Shown: piece after piece, positions 1-24,492 of the stretch
Position numbering within the stretch: position 1 is the first letter of the stretch
How the letters are laid out: each line of letters begins with the position of its first letter
Translations under genes and position numbers: made by a program
The notes under the pieces: generated by a model
Seen by the model: the letters and a program-made list of their open reading frames with translations, nothing else
Databases searched by the model: none
What the model was told of the DNA's origin: nothing
Assembly: GCF_009914755.1 (NCBI RefSeq)
Contig: NC_060937.1
Length of the DNA: 64,000 bases
Reading direction: 5' to 3' (one strand)
Origin: the human T2T-CHM13v2.0 reference genome, Homo sapiens

Positions 1-2323
1 AGGCAGGAGAATGGTGTGAACCTGGGAGGCAGAGTTTGCAGTGAGCCGAGATCAGGGGCCACTGCACTCCAGCCTGGCCAACAGAGCGAGACTCTGTCTC
101 AAAAAAAAAAAAAAAAAAAACAAATTTCCCTGTGTCAGATTTTTTTTCTCTTTTTTGTGGCATTTTGTTTGTTAATATCAGGATTCAAATAAAGTACATA
201 GATTGCAATTGGTTGTTATATTGTTGGTTTATTTTAATCTTTAGATTCTCCTTTTCTTCTTTTTTTTTCCTTGCAATGTATTTGTTGAAGAAACTGGATC
301 CTTAGCCCTGAGGAGTTTCACACAGTTAAGATTTTTCTAGACTTGTGGTATATAATGTGTCCTTTGTTCCCTGTATCTCCTGTAAACTGGTCTAGAAACT
401 TGATCAAATTCAGGTTTAAATTGTTTTTGGCAAAACTACTTCATAGCTGTGGTTATGCTCTGTGGTTATGTGTACTTTGCTTATGGGAGTCTCTTAAAAG
501 TTATGTCTTTTAAAATATTAGAAGCTCTTCATTGCCTAGATCCATTTTTTCACTAGGTGTGGCAAAATGGTGATATTTTATTACTCATTCTTCATTGATT
601 AGCTAGAACCTCTCAGCTATTGATTGTCTTTGCTTTGTCATTTTTAAAAGGAAAAATAAAAACTTTTCTAAAGTAAAAAAGTGATAAAAAGCCAGGCGCT
701 GTGGCTCACACCTGTAATCCCAGCACTTTAGGGAGCCAAGGTGGGAAGATTGCTTGAACTCAGGAGTTTGAGACCAGCCTAGGCAACATGGCAAGACCTC
801 ACCTCTACAAATAAAAAAATTAGCCAGGTGTGGTTCTGTGTGCCTCTGGTCCCAGCTACTTTGGAGGCTGAAATGGGAAGACCACTTCAGCCTGGGAGGT
901 CAAGGTTGTACTGAGCTGTGATTCACCACTGCATTCCAGCCTGGGTGACAGAGTGAGAAACTGTTGAAAAAAAAAAAATGGCGATCAAATTAAAAAGCTT
1001 GCTTTCTGAACAATTTCTAGGATTTCTAATTTTTATTTTAATCTTATTATTATTATTTGTATTTTTGTAAAGAAGGGGTTTCATCATGTTGCCCAGCATC
1101 TTCAAACCGGTTGGCATCAGCTATTCCACTGAAATTCAGGCTCTGAAAACCATATTAAGCAATTCTTAAACAAATTTCTTATTATTCTAACATCAGAGAT
1201 CCTATCTATAAGAGCAATGGGGATGTAAATTAATCCTTAAACAAAAGCCTTATAATTCTAACATCAGAAATGCTATTGATTCAGGAATTAAGAAGAAATC
1301 ACTTAGGCAGATAGTAATGGTATGGGAGTAACCACACACCATTTCATATTTGACAATGCTTCCTGTGTAATTTTTATACCAAATAAGCCAAATTATGTCA
1401 TTTTTGGACTTTAGGGAAACCAATATCTTAAAGGATTAATTAGATCAAAAAAAGACTTAATTTATAATTTGATTTTAGAAAGTTTGTCAAATATCGAAGG
1501 TTTAAAAACATTTGATATCACAGATCATTGTAAGTCATTCTCGGGAGGCTGAGGAAGGAGAATTACTTGAACCTGGGAGGTGAAGATTGCAGCAAGCTGA
1601 GATCACGTCACTGCACTCTAGCCTGGGTGACAGAGCAAGACTCTGTCTCAAAAAAAAATGAAAGAAAAGAAAAAGAAAACATTTCCTTTAGACCTTTAAG
1701 AAAACATTTTAGCATCAGGCTACAACAAACAGAACTCAAGGGGAAACAAAACTTATATGAGCTGAAAATGAATTGAAGAAGAGTGTTCCTATTTCACGTC
1801 CTTTAAAAGGGGAGAGAAAACCAAAAACAAGATGCAATAAAAGTTGAACTTTCTGTTAAGAAAACTATAATCTCCTGTAATTTATTGAGTAAATCAATCC
1901 CTTAAGAAAATTAATATTATTGTTCTAATTATTTAGTGTATAAGTGTTTTCTTTTTTTACATCAAGCCCAATCCCTGGAGAGACCATTATAATTTCTCAT
2001 TAATTTTAGATAACTTGATCATATAAAAGTTTTCAGTTTTTTTCTTATAAATCCTATTCTTGTGACTTACACAGACCATTCATGACATGCTTGGACTTTC
2101 TGGTTTGACGTGACCATCCCTTTTTTTTTTTTTTTAAAACCAGTCATTTTAGTCTAGGACTAAATTTACCATACAAGATTGTTTCTTATATAAAATTATT
2201 TCTCTTTAAGCTTTCTTACCAAAAACAAAACCTCTTTATTTTTATAACTTCCTTTACATCTCTCTTATTTCCTGGTTCCTTTTACCTTGTTTTTTTTTTT
2301 TTTGGTTTTTTTTTTTTTTTTGA

Positions 2324-2539
<216 letters not shown>

Positions 2540-3866
2540 TGATCTGCCTGCCTTGGCTTCCCAAAGTACTGGGATTACAGGAATGAGCAACCACGCCCAG
2601 CCCTTTTACCTTATTTTGTACATAACCTTTAAATAAGCTTTCAATTAGACAAAAATTGTTCACTTTTTTTAAAAAGGACACACTTTATTATTAGAATGTT
2701 TTCCTACAATATATTTTTGTTAGAAAATACCCAAATAACAAAATATCTATTATTTAATTTAATATAATTTTATATTCTAAATTATGAGTTTTTCTACATT
2801 TATCCCATTACATTTACCTAATTATTTTATTTTAATCATTTACCTATTTTAGTTATGAAAACTATGATAGTCATGATTTAAAGTTATGAAACTGCCATTG
2901 CAAAATTATAACTGGGACAGTGAAAAAGATCTGACCTAACTGACTCCATCTTGCTTCTAACCTCCAGGCTGTCCTTGTTCATTCCTGAGCGTAGGCCAAA
3001 CTAACTTTGGGAGGAACTTAGTTTATAGTTTAGCTTTGAAACAAAGATAACAGTCCTTTCCCAAAACAAACTTTACTGCCTGTGGACTAGACTGCCTAAA
3101 GCCACAAGATTAGAAATTATAGTAATCTTACTAAATTTAAGATGTAGCTATTTCCATTAAACCAATATCAATGTCTTGTTTATTAAAAATTACATAAGCA
3201 AAGTTTATTCTATCTTGGGCTGGGTTTATAGTTTTGTAACCCCTATGCAAAATTTTGAAACTTTATAGTATTTGGTTAGGATAATTATGAAATTTCTTGA
3301 TTAATAAATGCAAACAAAAATTTATGTTGGCAATTTTTATGACATTTCTAACATTACCAATAATTTTAAAACTAGCTTATTTATTAAAGATTTTACTTAA
3401 GTTATGTAAACTTGAAAAAGCATTTAACTAGTCTTTTTTCCTGATTAAAATATTTGATTCACATATTTTTATTTTCTTCAGTTAATTAATTAGAGCTCTT
3501 TTAGACATTTTCAGTAGTGAAACATTGTGTACATAACACATAAATACATAGACATATTAGGGATGCTGATAGAAGTACATCTTACAGATTCATAAACAGC
3601 TTTTTTTCTCTTATACTTTCAAATTCTTGATAACCTGTCTCACTACCCTAGGCAGTTGTTAGCTAAATAGCTTTAAATTTGCATATTGAAGGAAACAACT
3701 TAGGTGAAAATCAAACAGCAAAATTTACATGATAAGGTACAGAGAGAAAAAGTCTGACATGCTAGAGAAAAATTAAAATGAATGTAATTGCTAATTAAAC
3801 ATAAAACTATATAAATTATAAAGGCTTTTTATTATTTTTTATTTTTTAATTTAATTTTTTTTTTGA

Positions 3867-4199
<333 letters not shown>

Positions 4200-6145
4200 T
4201 AGCTTTTACTTCAAAGCTTTAGATATGAGATAAATACAAATTCACTGGCTTGCAAAAAACCTGTTGGATCCAAACAGTGGTTTTTATTTTAATAGACAAA
4301 TAACAGCAGATTCAAAGCAGGCAGAAAAGAAAATAGAAAAGAGAACTTAGGAACTCTAGAGTTTGCAGGTTGACCTTAGGGCTCTTTTCCCTTAATGTAA
4401 ATGTGCACAAAGACCATACTACTTCCATTTTACATAAACTCTGGCAAGTATAGAAGCCATGAAACCTACAGAATGCTCAAAAGGGGGTCATTCTCCTTGC
4501 TTTCTCCTCATTCTTAGAGTATTTGTTTCCCACTTTTTTTCTTAAAAGGAGGAACTGAGCTGTGGCCTAGGGTTTTTGTGTAGTGGATCGATGTGTGCTG
4601 CTTGTGGGCATGACAACACAGTGTGCCACCATTGAGTCGTTTCCATCGTCTTTCATGTTTTAGTTTCTCTCTCCAGAGGTCTATGATCTCCGAGAGGGCT
4701 TAAAACACCTGGTGATCAGCCCTTATGTGCATTTCCTGGATGAGCCTGTTTAAAAATTAATTTTTGTTTGGGATTTTCCAGTAGGGCCGCTGCACATCAC
4801 AGGGGTCAACCCACAAGACACTCTCACAAGGCCCCTGGTCACCCAGGGGTGCCATTCTGCTGGGAGGAGCAAAAGCCCTTTTTCTTTGGAACTGAGAAAA
4901 CTCAGTCTCCTGTTAACCTGTGAAAACAACCGTTCATTTCCTCATGCAAATGCACACAGACAAGCTGAATTGAGATCAACTTGAGAAGAAAAAGGAATAG
5001 AGAAGACCCTTTAGAAAGCAGCTCTGAACTAGAATCAGGATCCTTAAACAACAACTTCCTAGGAGAAAAAAACAAAAAACACAGCCAAGACCACTTCCTG
5101 TAAACTGTGCTCAGCCACCCCTAACTTTGTAGCTCTCATCTGCCATTACACATGCCACAGTCAAATCCTCTCACAGTACAAAGTAATCTCTGGTACCCCC
5201 AAAACCAAAGAGATCAGGTCATGTAAAACAGACCTTGAAAAACAGAGCTTGAGACCTAAGAACAATCTGCTCATGACTCTTGAAACTTTACAAAGAAAAC
5301 AGAACACCACAAAAAGTGTCAGTGGTGCCTTTGTTCTGAATTCTTTACAGGGATTCAAGTCATTAAAAGCCTTCTTTAGATTTTTTGGTACCGCAGATGG
5401 CAAAGGGGAAGGAGGTATAGGGTGGAAGAAAAGTAAATGAAAGAACATTGTTTGTTGTTTGTTTGTTTTAAAGATGGGAAGCAAACATAGAAACCAAGTG
5501 CATGATTTTTTGGTTTTTGTTTTTCCTCTTTTGCAGCTGTGAGGAATTTTAGCCAAATTAGAGAGGCTTTATTACCCATATCTTGGAATTCTCACTCAGA
5601 TTAGACCAACTGAGGTAGAGTTGGTCAAATCTGATGAGAGAAAGACTGTAACAACAACAACGAAACCCAACAATATGATCACATCACTGAGCACTCTAAT
5701 GGTAAGGAGAAATTAAGACCAGCTTATTGTTAAACCAGTCAAGACAAAATCCCAATTCAGCAACTTACCTAGCGATGGGTCTCAGGCTAAAGACTGCCTT
5801 CTACCATCCTAGAAGCAAGAAAAACACTTGAACTCATCTTCCCTGCTGGGTGCGAGTTCAAACTACATAAAGGATTTACTTACCTTCCATCGTCATGGAA
5901 GCAGAAAATTTTGCCTTCTTTGTTGGAAGCAAGTAAAATGCCAAAAAAAGGCAGGCGGGGGCAGGGGGTGGGTAGTTGCACAGCAAAATAAACTTTAGAT
6001 CTTGACCAAATTTTGGGAGATCAGGGATTTTCTGGAGGGGTGCTCCCAGACCTCAGCAAATTGTCCCATGGATTTGAGCCATAAAATTAGCTCATGCTGT
6101 TACCAAGCACCAACAGGAAATTTGTCAAAGGTTAGAAGCATCTAT

Positions 6146-7248
<1,103 letters not shown>

Positions 7249-7661
7249 GGAACAATGGGAATACACACAAACCTTCTCTATCTGGTGCTATGTGACTTTT
7301 GGTTACAAGGAAGTAGGCTAAGGTGCTACTGGATTAATGATTAATTATAACTATATTTCTGTCCAGAATTCTTGTTAGCACTGTGAGGTGACTTTAATGA
7401 CATCCTCCAAGATCCTCATGTTTCAGCTCGAGGATGACTTATTTCCTGAAAACACACTTTCAAACTTATTTTTTTGTTCATACTGCTAAAGCATATTTTT
7501 AAAAGGTAAAGTTATGACCCTTGTACAAATATGAAGTTGAACATGTGCCAAAATGATTAATTTATTAATAAATCAGAAAACCGGTAGATGTTATAACTGG
7601 TTAAAGAAAATGCCCAGACATATAAGTACACCATAAGGAATGCTGAAACAAATTTGTTGAA

Positions 7662-9019
<1,358 letters not shown>

Positions 9020-9657
9020 TTAAAAGATGAACAACTGCAAGGCCATAATCACTTGCCCCTCCATTGTACGCAATTTGCATTTCTAGGGACAATAATCATT
9101 TGCATTATTATCAGTTTTCTACAACTTATAGGAGTTGTAAAATGGCTTAAAGGCAGTTTACATAACAGGACACCCCATAATCTTTCACCCATTTCAAAGT
9201 CTTTAACAATTTTCACATTACTAATTCCTCTGCCTAGATTGCAAGTCACTAAAATTCTCTTCATCTAATCAGTTCCTTTTTTTTTTTTAGACAGTGTTTC
9301 ACTCTGTCGCTCAGGCTGGAGTGCAATGGCATTGATCTCGGCTCACTGCAACCTCCATCTCTTGGGTTCAAGTGATTCTTGTGCCTCAGTCTCCCGAGTA
9401 GCTGGGATTACAGGTGTGTGCCACCACACCTGGCTAATTTTTGTACTTTTAGTAGAGATGAGGGTTCACCATGTTGGCCAGGCTGGTCTTGAACTCCTGA
9501 CCTCAAGTGATCCGCCTGCCTTGGCCTCCTAAAGTGCTGGGATTAGAGGCATGAGCCACCACACCTGGCCAAATCAGCTCTTATTAAATACCTACCATGT
9601 GCCAAGCACTCTGCTAAGTGCTGGGGTCATCTTTTAGTTATTTTTTTTTATACTTAC

Positions 9658-10603
9658 TGAAATCACCTTTCCAAAAATTATAACAGTGAGAAAATTATGG
9701 CAGTGGAGGTGATCTGATCTAGCCAACCCCTCTCTTGCCTTTAGCTTTCAAGCTAGCTTTGGAAGACATTTAGTTTATAGTTTAAATGATAATGAGCCTT
9801 CCCCCAAACTCAACTGCCTTTGTAAAGCAATGAGAGACCTCCAGGCTGGGGGAGGAGAGGAGCCTGAATTCTGCTAAGGAGTAGACATAAATGATTGCCA
9901 GCCATTATTCCAAAGGTCCTACAGATAACATCACTATTGTAGAACCTATTGTCCTTTTGAGATATCTTTTCAGGCTTTTTGCATATCTGACACCCATAGC
10001 TCCACCTGGACCCACCCAGAAGCTACTCAGTGCAAGAGGACAGCTTCAACTCCCTATGATTTCATCTCTGCCCCAACCAATCAGCAGCAAGCACTTATTG
10101 CATAACCACCCCCATCCCTTCCCTCTAACTAACTTTGAAAAACCCTTAACCTATGAGCCTTTGATGAGATTGATTTGAGTAATAACTCTGTCTCTCAGGT
10201 GTTGTGGCTGGCCTCACATCAATTAAACTTTTTTTTTTTTTTTTGAGACAGGGTCTCCTTCTATCTGTCACCCAGGCTGGAGTGCAGTGGTGCAATTTTT
10301 GGCTCACTGTGGCCTCTGCCCCCAGGCTCAAGCGATCCTCCCACCTCAGCCTCCTGAGTAGTTGGGACTACAGGTGCATGCCACCACACCCAGCTATTTT
10401 TTTTATTTTTAGTAGAGATGGAGTTTCACCATGTTGCCCAGACTGGTCTCGAACTCCTGAGCTCAGATGATCCGCCTACCTGAGCCTCCAAAAGTGCTGG
10501 GATTACAGGCATGAGTCACCATGTCCTGCCAAACTCTTTCTTTACTGCAATGCCATGGTCTTTATTCGTGCAGCAGGCAGGAAGAACCCATCAGGTGGTT
10601 ACA
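9658..10603 (+). mobile_element. LTR8A-like solo LTR (Alu inserted)
   Basis: TGAAATCACCTTTCCAAAAATTATAAC start, ...GGTGGTTACA end. Confidence 0.7.
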
Positions 10604-11333
10604 TTTCCAGTTTATTATAAAGGATATTACAAAGGATATAGAAGAGGAGATGCATAGGGCAAGGTATGGGGAAGATGTGTGAAGCTTTTATGTCCTCTTC
10701 AGGAGCACCACCCTCCAGAAACCTCCACATGCTTAGCTCTTCAAAATCTATCCAAACTCTGTCCTTTTGGGGTTTTATGGAGGCTTCATTACATAGGCAT
10801 GACTGATTTAACTTTTGGCCATTGGTGACCAAATTAGCCTTCAGCCCCTCTCCCCTCCCTGAATGTTAGGGAGCGGGGCTAAAAGTCCCAACCCTCTAAT
10901 CCTACCTTGGTCTTTCTGGTGACCAGCTGCCATCCTAAAGTTACCTAGGGGCTGCCAGCCATCAGTCAACTCCTTAGCATACAACAGATATCACTTTGGG
11001 GATTTTAGGAGTTATATGACAGGACACTGGGTCAAAGACCAAATGTATATTTCACTGTACTACAGTCCACTCACAAATCTCTTACGTCAAAGGGATATAC
11101 AACTCAAAAGATACTGCTATATTACTAGGATCCCATTTAATCATTAATAATCAGTCCAGTTCATTATATTGGTGAATATCTGCCAGAGTGAGGCCACTCA
11201 GGTCTGCAAGCTTCCATTCCATCTTGTCAGGTTCCTGAGATGCTCCAAGCCTCTTTCAAGGTGTTAATGCAATTTTAGATTTCCCTCAAGGTATAACTCA
11301 TTTATTCATTCCTTTAACCTCCTTCTCTACTAT

Positions 11334-11680
11334 TGTTAATGGTGGAGGGTGTCCAGGTTCTTGGCGTCTCGAACAAAGAAATGGACAAAATGCACAAACA
11401 AAGCAAGGGAGGAATATAGGGTTTTATTAAAAATGAAAGTACACTTCACAGTGTGGGAGTGGGCCCGAGCATAGGGGCTCAAAGGCCCTGTTACAGAGTT
11501 TTTGTGAGTTTAAATACCCCCTAGGATTCCATTGGTTACTTGGGATATGCCCTATGTAAACGGAGAGGATGAAGTAAAGTTACAAAGTCATTTACGGCCT
11601 ATGCTCTATGCAGAGGTTATTTCCTGTTATAGCTGAAGTGTGAATTGGCCTTATGTTCCCTGCCTCCAAACCCTGCCTCA
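11334..11680 (-). mobile_element. MER51/MER61-group ERV1 solo LTR
   Basis: TG...CA termini and a perfect 4-bp TSD CTAT (11330-11333 / 11681-11684). Confidence 0.75.
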
Positions 11681-11889
11681 CTATTCCTTCTTCTCTCCAC
11701 TAATATCCAAACTTTTCCACCTTTGCAAGAGACATTAGTATCAGCCACTGCATTGGTCTAGATTGCAGGCAAGTCTAGCAAGTTACTTCCCCTCAGTCCA
11801 TTCTCATTCAGATAGGATAAGAACATAGATGAAGAACTAATAAGCCATCTTTACCAACAGGCAATATAGCTACATTGACTCTTAGTCCC

Positions 11890-13886
<1,997 letters not shown>

Positions 13887-14810
13887 CCTCAATTTTGCCA
13901 GATGGGGTGAAGGTACAACCCATCTCCATCAGGTCCCTAGGAATCCTGGCATAAGGTTTAAACACATTGTGGCAGTTTCTTGCTTAGGAATCATTCTTGC
14001 TTCTAGCATTTGTATTTGCATCCCTGATCCTAGGACTCTTGCATCAGGTAGCGGAGAAAAAGTTGAGGTGACGTGGGGAAGAAAGAAAAGAAACTACAAT
14101 CATTATAGCAGTATACACCTCCCTTGGTAAGAATTGTATATCATACCAGCATTGTCCCCACCTCCTCTTTCCCAGACCAACCAGAGTAACAGGAGAATCC
14201 AGTGTGGATACCCCTCATGTCGAGTGTGAGCACACACTCAGGAAGGCGTGTAAGCCAGCCCTTCATGCATTTATCTTTCTCTGTTTTAGACAACCAATGT
14301 TTTAATTGCCAGTTTCACTCCTCTATCAAACTATTACTCTGAGGAGGAGATTTTCCCGCTCACTGTTAGACATTATGGGCTGTACAGTGTGTTCCTTGGT
14401 CTGAGGAAATTGTGGTCAGCCATCCAAATCCATGCAATATCTTCTGGTTTGTTTTGTTTGTTTGTTTGTTAGTTTTTGTTTTTTTTTTTAAATAGCACTT
14501 TGAGAATTTGTATTTTCCACTGGGTAAGCAAAGCCAGGTCCAGAGTCAATGTCTATTCCTGTGAAGGCCCATTTGTAGTCCCGAGTGCTACCAGTATCAG
14601 ACTCACTTGCCAACCATGTTCAGGGCCTTGCCACCAGGGAATCTGCCCATAGTCACTGGCAGTATCTATATCTTATGCTGATAGACACAACAGTTTTTAC
14701 TGGCATTATGTGCCTGAGAGGGTGAAAAAGAACGTGTTTAGATTTAGCCCATCTCTGCATTGTTGCAGTATCCCCATATCCGCCCATTCCATGGACCCAG
14801 GTGGCCACTT

Positions 14811-15809
<999 letters not shown>

Positions 15810-16672
15810 ATCTCAAGAGAGCATATGGGGATATTTGTTTGATAATTCTTATCACCTGCCAAATCTGGAAGGGGTATCTTTTGATGGGCATTGCCATGTC
15901 CTACTTAATGAATGCCTCAAATTTTGATAGGGCTATGCCCCATATGGGCTTCCCTTTAATTGGATTCCATTGCCCTCCTGCCTGACTGTGTGGCCAGGTC
16001 ATTGGCGACTGCCCTTGGGTCAGTAAAAACCCAAACATAAGGACTTTTTTACCACTGTTCAATTCTTCCATCACTGCTAGGAAAATAGCACACAATTCTG
16101 CCCACCAAGCTGATTTGTTTTTACTTTCTTTGATTGGGGTGGTATCCTCCCAAATAGGATGATGTCCATTCACCTTGAAACTGCCATTCACAAGCTAAGC
16201 AGATCTTTGTCAGTCATTTGAGAGCTGTTCATTGGGCACTATCCATGCGATGATAGAATCTAGCAGCTCTTCACACAGTTCCAGACTTAATCTTAGGGGG
16301 AAAAGTTTTCTCTGTTTATCCCTTCCTTGTATTCCTCAGGTGGTTGATCCTGTATAAACCATTTCCATTTTATCATGGAACTCCTCTGGGCGCTGCTGTC
16401 CCCATTAGAGTGTCTCTCTGACACCGACCAAGACATCAAGTTTCAAGATCATTTGTGTCCTTCAGTCATGGGGGTAGCTTCAATTAATGTCCCATATCAA
16501 GGTAGCAAATGCCCCTTCATTGGAAATTCTTTAGTCCAATGTTCCAGTTAATTGTCACTGAGAGGTGCTCACAGACTTTTACCTTAAGCTCCAGTTTACA
16601 TTCCACATAGGGCTAACAAATAGAGAATTTGTTCATACCAGGACTCCAGCTTCTACTCTACATTCTGTGTGA

Positions 16673-16980
<308 letters not shown>

Positions 16981-17180
16981 TCTGACAATCTTATTTGTTC
17001 CCGTTTAGCATGTTCAAATAATATTGCTTAAAGGGCAGATTGACATGCCTCCTGTTTTACAGCACTAGGTGGGGGAAACATTCCCCAGTTGGGTACAATG
17101 TCCATCCCCATAACACAATCAGGTAAGACGCAACCACATTACATTGTGTTCAAACACACTAACTTTTCTATAAACCTTTA

Positions 17181-17486
<306 letters not shown>

Positions 17487-17737
17487 TCAGGCAGGAGAAT
17501 CACTTGAACCTGGGAAGCAGAGGCTGCAGTAAGCAGAGATTGCACTCTAGCTTGGGTGACAGAATGACACTCTGTCTCAAAAAAAAAAAGAAATTAGTGA
17601 TTAGGCCACTGCACTCCAGCCTGGGTGACACAGTGAGACCGTGTCTCAAAAAAAAAAAAAAAGGAAAAAAAATTTCTCTGATAATCTACAGGATACATTT
17701 GGCAGTTTACTTTAATAGTCAACAGGCTCTAAATTAA

Positions 17738-18016
<279 letters not shown>

Positions 18017-18755
18017 TAAGTGCTAGGATTACAGGCATGAGCCACTGTGCCCGGCCTGTCAACAGGCTTTTAAGTTTACTCCCCTTGAGGAGGTATTATG
18101 ATTCATGGCAACATCATCTCCCTGAGTAAATAATCTTATTGTGAGTTCCTCGAATTGTTGACTTACTGATTAACGTATGATCTACTGATACTGAAATGAA
18201 AAGGATGCTGATTTATTTCTGAATCATGAAGTTTTACTTATTGTCTGGCATGTGGACATTTTAGCTTATATGTTGCAATCTGTAGTCAATGATGGTATCC
18301 TCTAATGAAAAAGGACAACTCTGGTATGAGGAGTCCTCTTCCCTTCTTCTAAACTCTCCTATAAAAGCCTTCCAACTTGTAACAGACTCTGGAAAACTCC
18401 CAACTTGGTTGGCGTGTCTTCCTGGGTTGATCTTCACATTTGTCTTCCAGTAAACTTTTATCAAATTATTTCTGTCCCAACAGCCTTAATTTTGGCTGAC
18501 ATTTTTGGTGTAGCTGGCAGGAATTCAGAGTGATTTCCCTGGATCACCCAGCATGGCTTCTGACCCTCTGCAGGTACTGGCAACAAACCCATTGCATTAC
18601 TGAACTTGATGGCCCTGCTGGATGCTACAGACGAGTTCCTTCAGAATCAATAAACTTCCCATCTTGGTCAAAGTTCTGGTTTATTGAAGCTGGTATCCTC
18701 CTTGGCTAGGAGGTACAAAGACTCTTTCAGACAGAGAGTTACTGCTATGAGTTCA

Positions 18756-19226
<471 letters not shown>

Positions 19227-19644
19227 CTAGCAGAGGTGTCAGACATACTACCCAAAATATGTAGCAATCTTATAGGAGAATCCTCACACAACTTTTTGCT
19301 TAGTTGACAGGCTTTCTAAAGACTGATCATCTCTTGCCAGTGAGCATCCTGCCACTTCTTTGGAAGTGATTTGGGAATCCAAGATACATAAAAGGATCTT
19401 TTCAGCCTGTTGGGTGAAATATATAGGAAGAAAGATTCTAGCCAGAACACTTGATCCACTACATAGTTTGTCTTGCTCAAAACCAAGATAGAAAATAGGT
19501 CTTCTAAGACTGAAGGTGCACCATCTCTGTCAACACCGGATGATTTTATGTATAATACTTACGGTTCTTCTACTTGCAAGTGCTTAGATAAGTGAACCTG
19601 CTAACCCAGGATAGTCATAAGCAGCATTGGCAAAATGGGGATTT

Positions 19645-21572
19645 AAAAACAATTGTTTTACCCATGACATTTTTATTCAGTTTGATTATTCCTTGTGAAA
19701 TGAGTGTAAATTAATCTCTACTTCATATCTTATCAAAATACGATCTTCATCCTTTGATCACATCGAGTGTTTCACACACTCCACTCCAGTACACCCACAA
19801 CTAAGAGCAGAATACTTCATTACAGGAAACATGTGAATCAGAGTTCTGTTCGAAATCTTAGCAAAAGCTGGTCAATTTTTTTTAACAAAAATTCAGTATA
19901 AAATAAAACAGACTGATCCAAAGAGCTGAGTTTGTTATACTCATTTCATTATGATATACAGTACGATGTTATGTAATGAACATGGGTTGATAAATTATTG
20001 GTGCGTTAAATGGCAATGTTTCATTAAGGAGGCTGTTCTGCTTTACCTATCGGAAAATTACTTAGAAAATGTCTGCATTTCCTATTTTAGAAACTACAGT
20101 TTTCCCAAAGACAAAGGTCTTTAAATAGTTTAATGCTTAGTGTTCTTAACATAACAATGCAACTTAGTTCAGAAGGTATTTTGTCAACTCTTAATCTAAG
20201 TAAGAATAGGGGTGTGTTAGGCCATTCTTGCATTGCTATAAAGAACAACCACGTGGCTCAGTTATTTATAAAGAAAAGAGGTTTAATTGGCTCACGGTTT
20301 TGCAGTGTGCAAGCATGGCTCCAGCAACTGTGTGGCTTCTGGGGAGGCCTCAGGGAGCTTTCATTCATGGCGGAAGGTAAAGACAGAGCAGGCACCTCAC
20401 ATGGCCAGAGCAGGAGTAAGGAGGATGGAGGAGGTGCAACACACTTTTAAACAACCAGATCTCGTGTGAACTCAGAGCGAGAGCTCACTTATCACTAAGG
20501 GGATGGTGCCAAGCCATTCATGAGGGATCTGCCCCCATGATCCACACTGGAGACTACATTTCAACATAAGATTTGGAGGGGACACATATCAAACGATATT
20601 AAGGGGATCTAAAAAAATAAGGCTTTAAGAAGTCTTGTCATTTTAGAGCTAAATTTTAAAGAATGTGAGTCTCAACTTTTATCTATAGAACAAACAAAAT
20701 CTTAAAGTGACTGAGTGGTTCAAAACGGTTTTATGGAAAATTAATCTGTAACTAAAATTTGGCATTGAGTGAGAAGGCGCTACCATTTTTTAAGCAAAAT
20801 GTACAACAGTTTTAAAGGGCAGGGCTAAGAATGAGAGGCTCAGACATTTACAACAGCAGGCATTTTCTCTTCCTCTTCTTCACAGGAGGTGGGCAGAGAA
20901 CTGCTCAGATAGCTTTGTCAAACACCGTTTTGAACCCTCGCTATGTGAGAGCCAAGCACTTCAGGTATTTTAAAGCGCCAATCTCCTTATTCCTGGCTAA
21001 AAACTGCAGATAGGTGATGGGAGTCAGCTTCTTCTCCTTCAGTTTCTCAATCGTGTCTTTAACAACATTAAGATCAAGTTTACTTCCCACAAGAATGATG
21101 GGAGTGTTGGGAAAATGGTGCTGCATTTCAGGATGCCACTCTGCACAGACATTTTCAAATGATGCAAGACTCACAAGGGAGAAGCATATTAAAAATATGT
21201 CTGTTTACAGATAGAATGGGGGCATAATCTGTCATAATCTTCTTGTCCAGATGTATCCCATAAGCCCAGATTCACTGGCTTTCCATCTACCTTAACATTG
21301 GCAGCAGAATAATTGTCAAAGACAATAGTGATAATGCATTGGGAAATGCATTGGGTGTAACACTGATTAGTAGGCAAGTTTTACTTGTAGCTCCATCTCC
21401 AACCACCACACACTTGATGGCTTGCACCTGGGTCACTCGCTGGGCCCTGGCAGTGGTGGTTAGGCACTAAGGCAAGAAGTGGTGGGATAGAAGCATGGTA
21501 GGCAGGTGCATGGCTGCAGGTGGGAGGGGATGGGGTGCCAAGGTCGTTGTCCATGCCACCTCACCCTTAGCC
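19645..21572 (-). pseudogene. Processed RAC1 pseudogene (5'UTR, CDS-equivalent 21427->20848, ~0.8 kb of 3'UTR)
   Basis: Intronless minus-strand translation [13 protein letters not shown]..., [22 protein letters not shown]..., PPPVKKRKRKCLLL*. Start codon is GTG, frameshifts are present, and there is a premature TAG at 20941-20943. Flanking TSD-like CAAAATGGG(G/A)AT(T/C)T at 19631-19644 and 21573-21586. Confidence 0.93.
20213..20601 (-). mobile_element. MaLR solo LTR (MSTB-like) inserted in the RAC1 pseudogene 3'UTR
   Basis: MST-type sequence (cattgctataaagaa...gaggtttaattggctcacgg); 5-bp TSD AGGGG at 20208-20212 and 20602-20606. Confidence 0.85.
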
Positions 21573-21690
21573 CAAAATGGGAATCTTTTGAAAATGCTAA
21601 AATAATTAATTCACATGGACAATTGGAAAAAGATGGGATTAGACAAACTGAGTGGGAGGCTTACTGTCACCAGCACTTAGAAGCTTCTAT

Positions 21691-24492
<2,802 letters not shown>

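Noticed and set aside
20848-21427. Functional RAC1 retrogene
   Set aside because: Start codon lost, P-loop altered, frameshifts and a premature TAG
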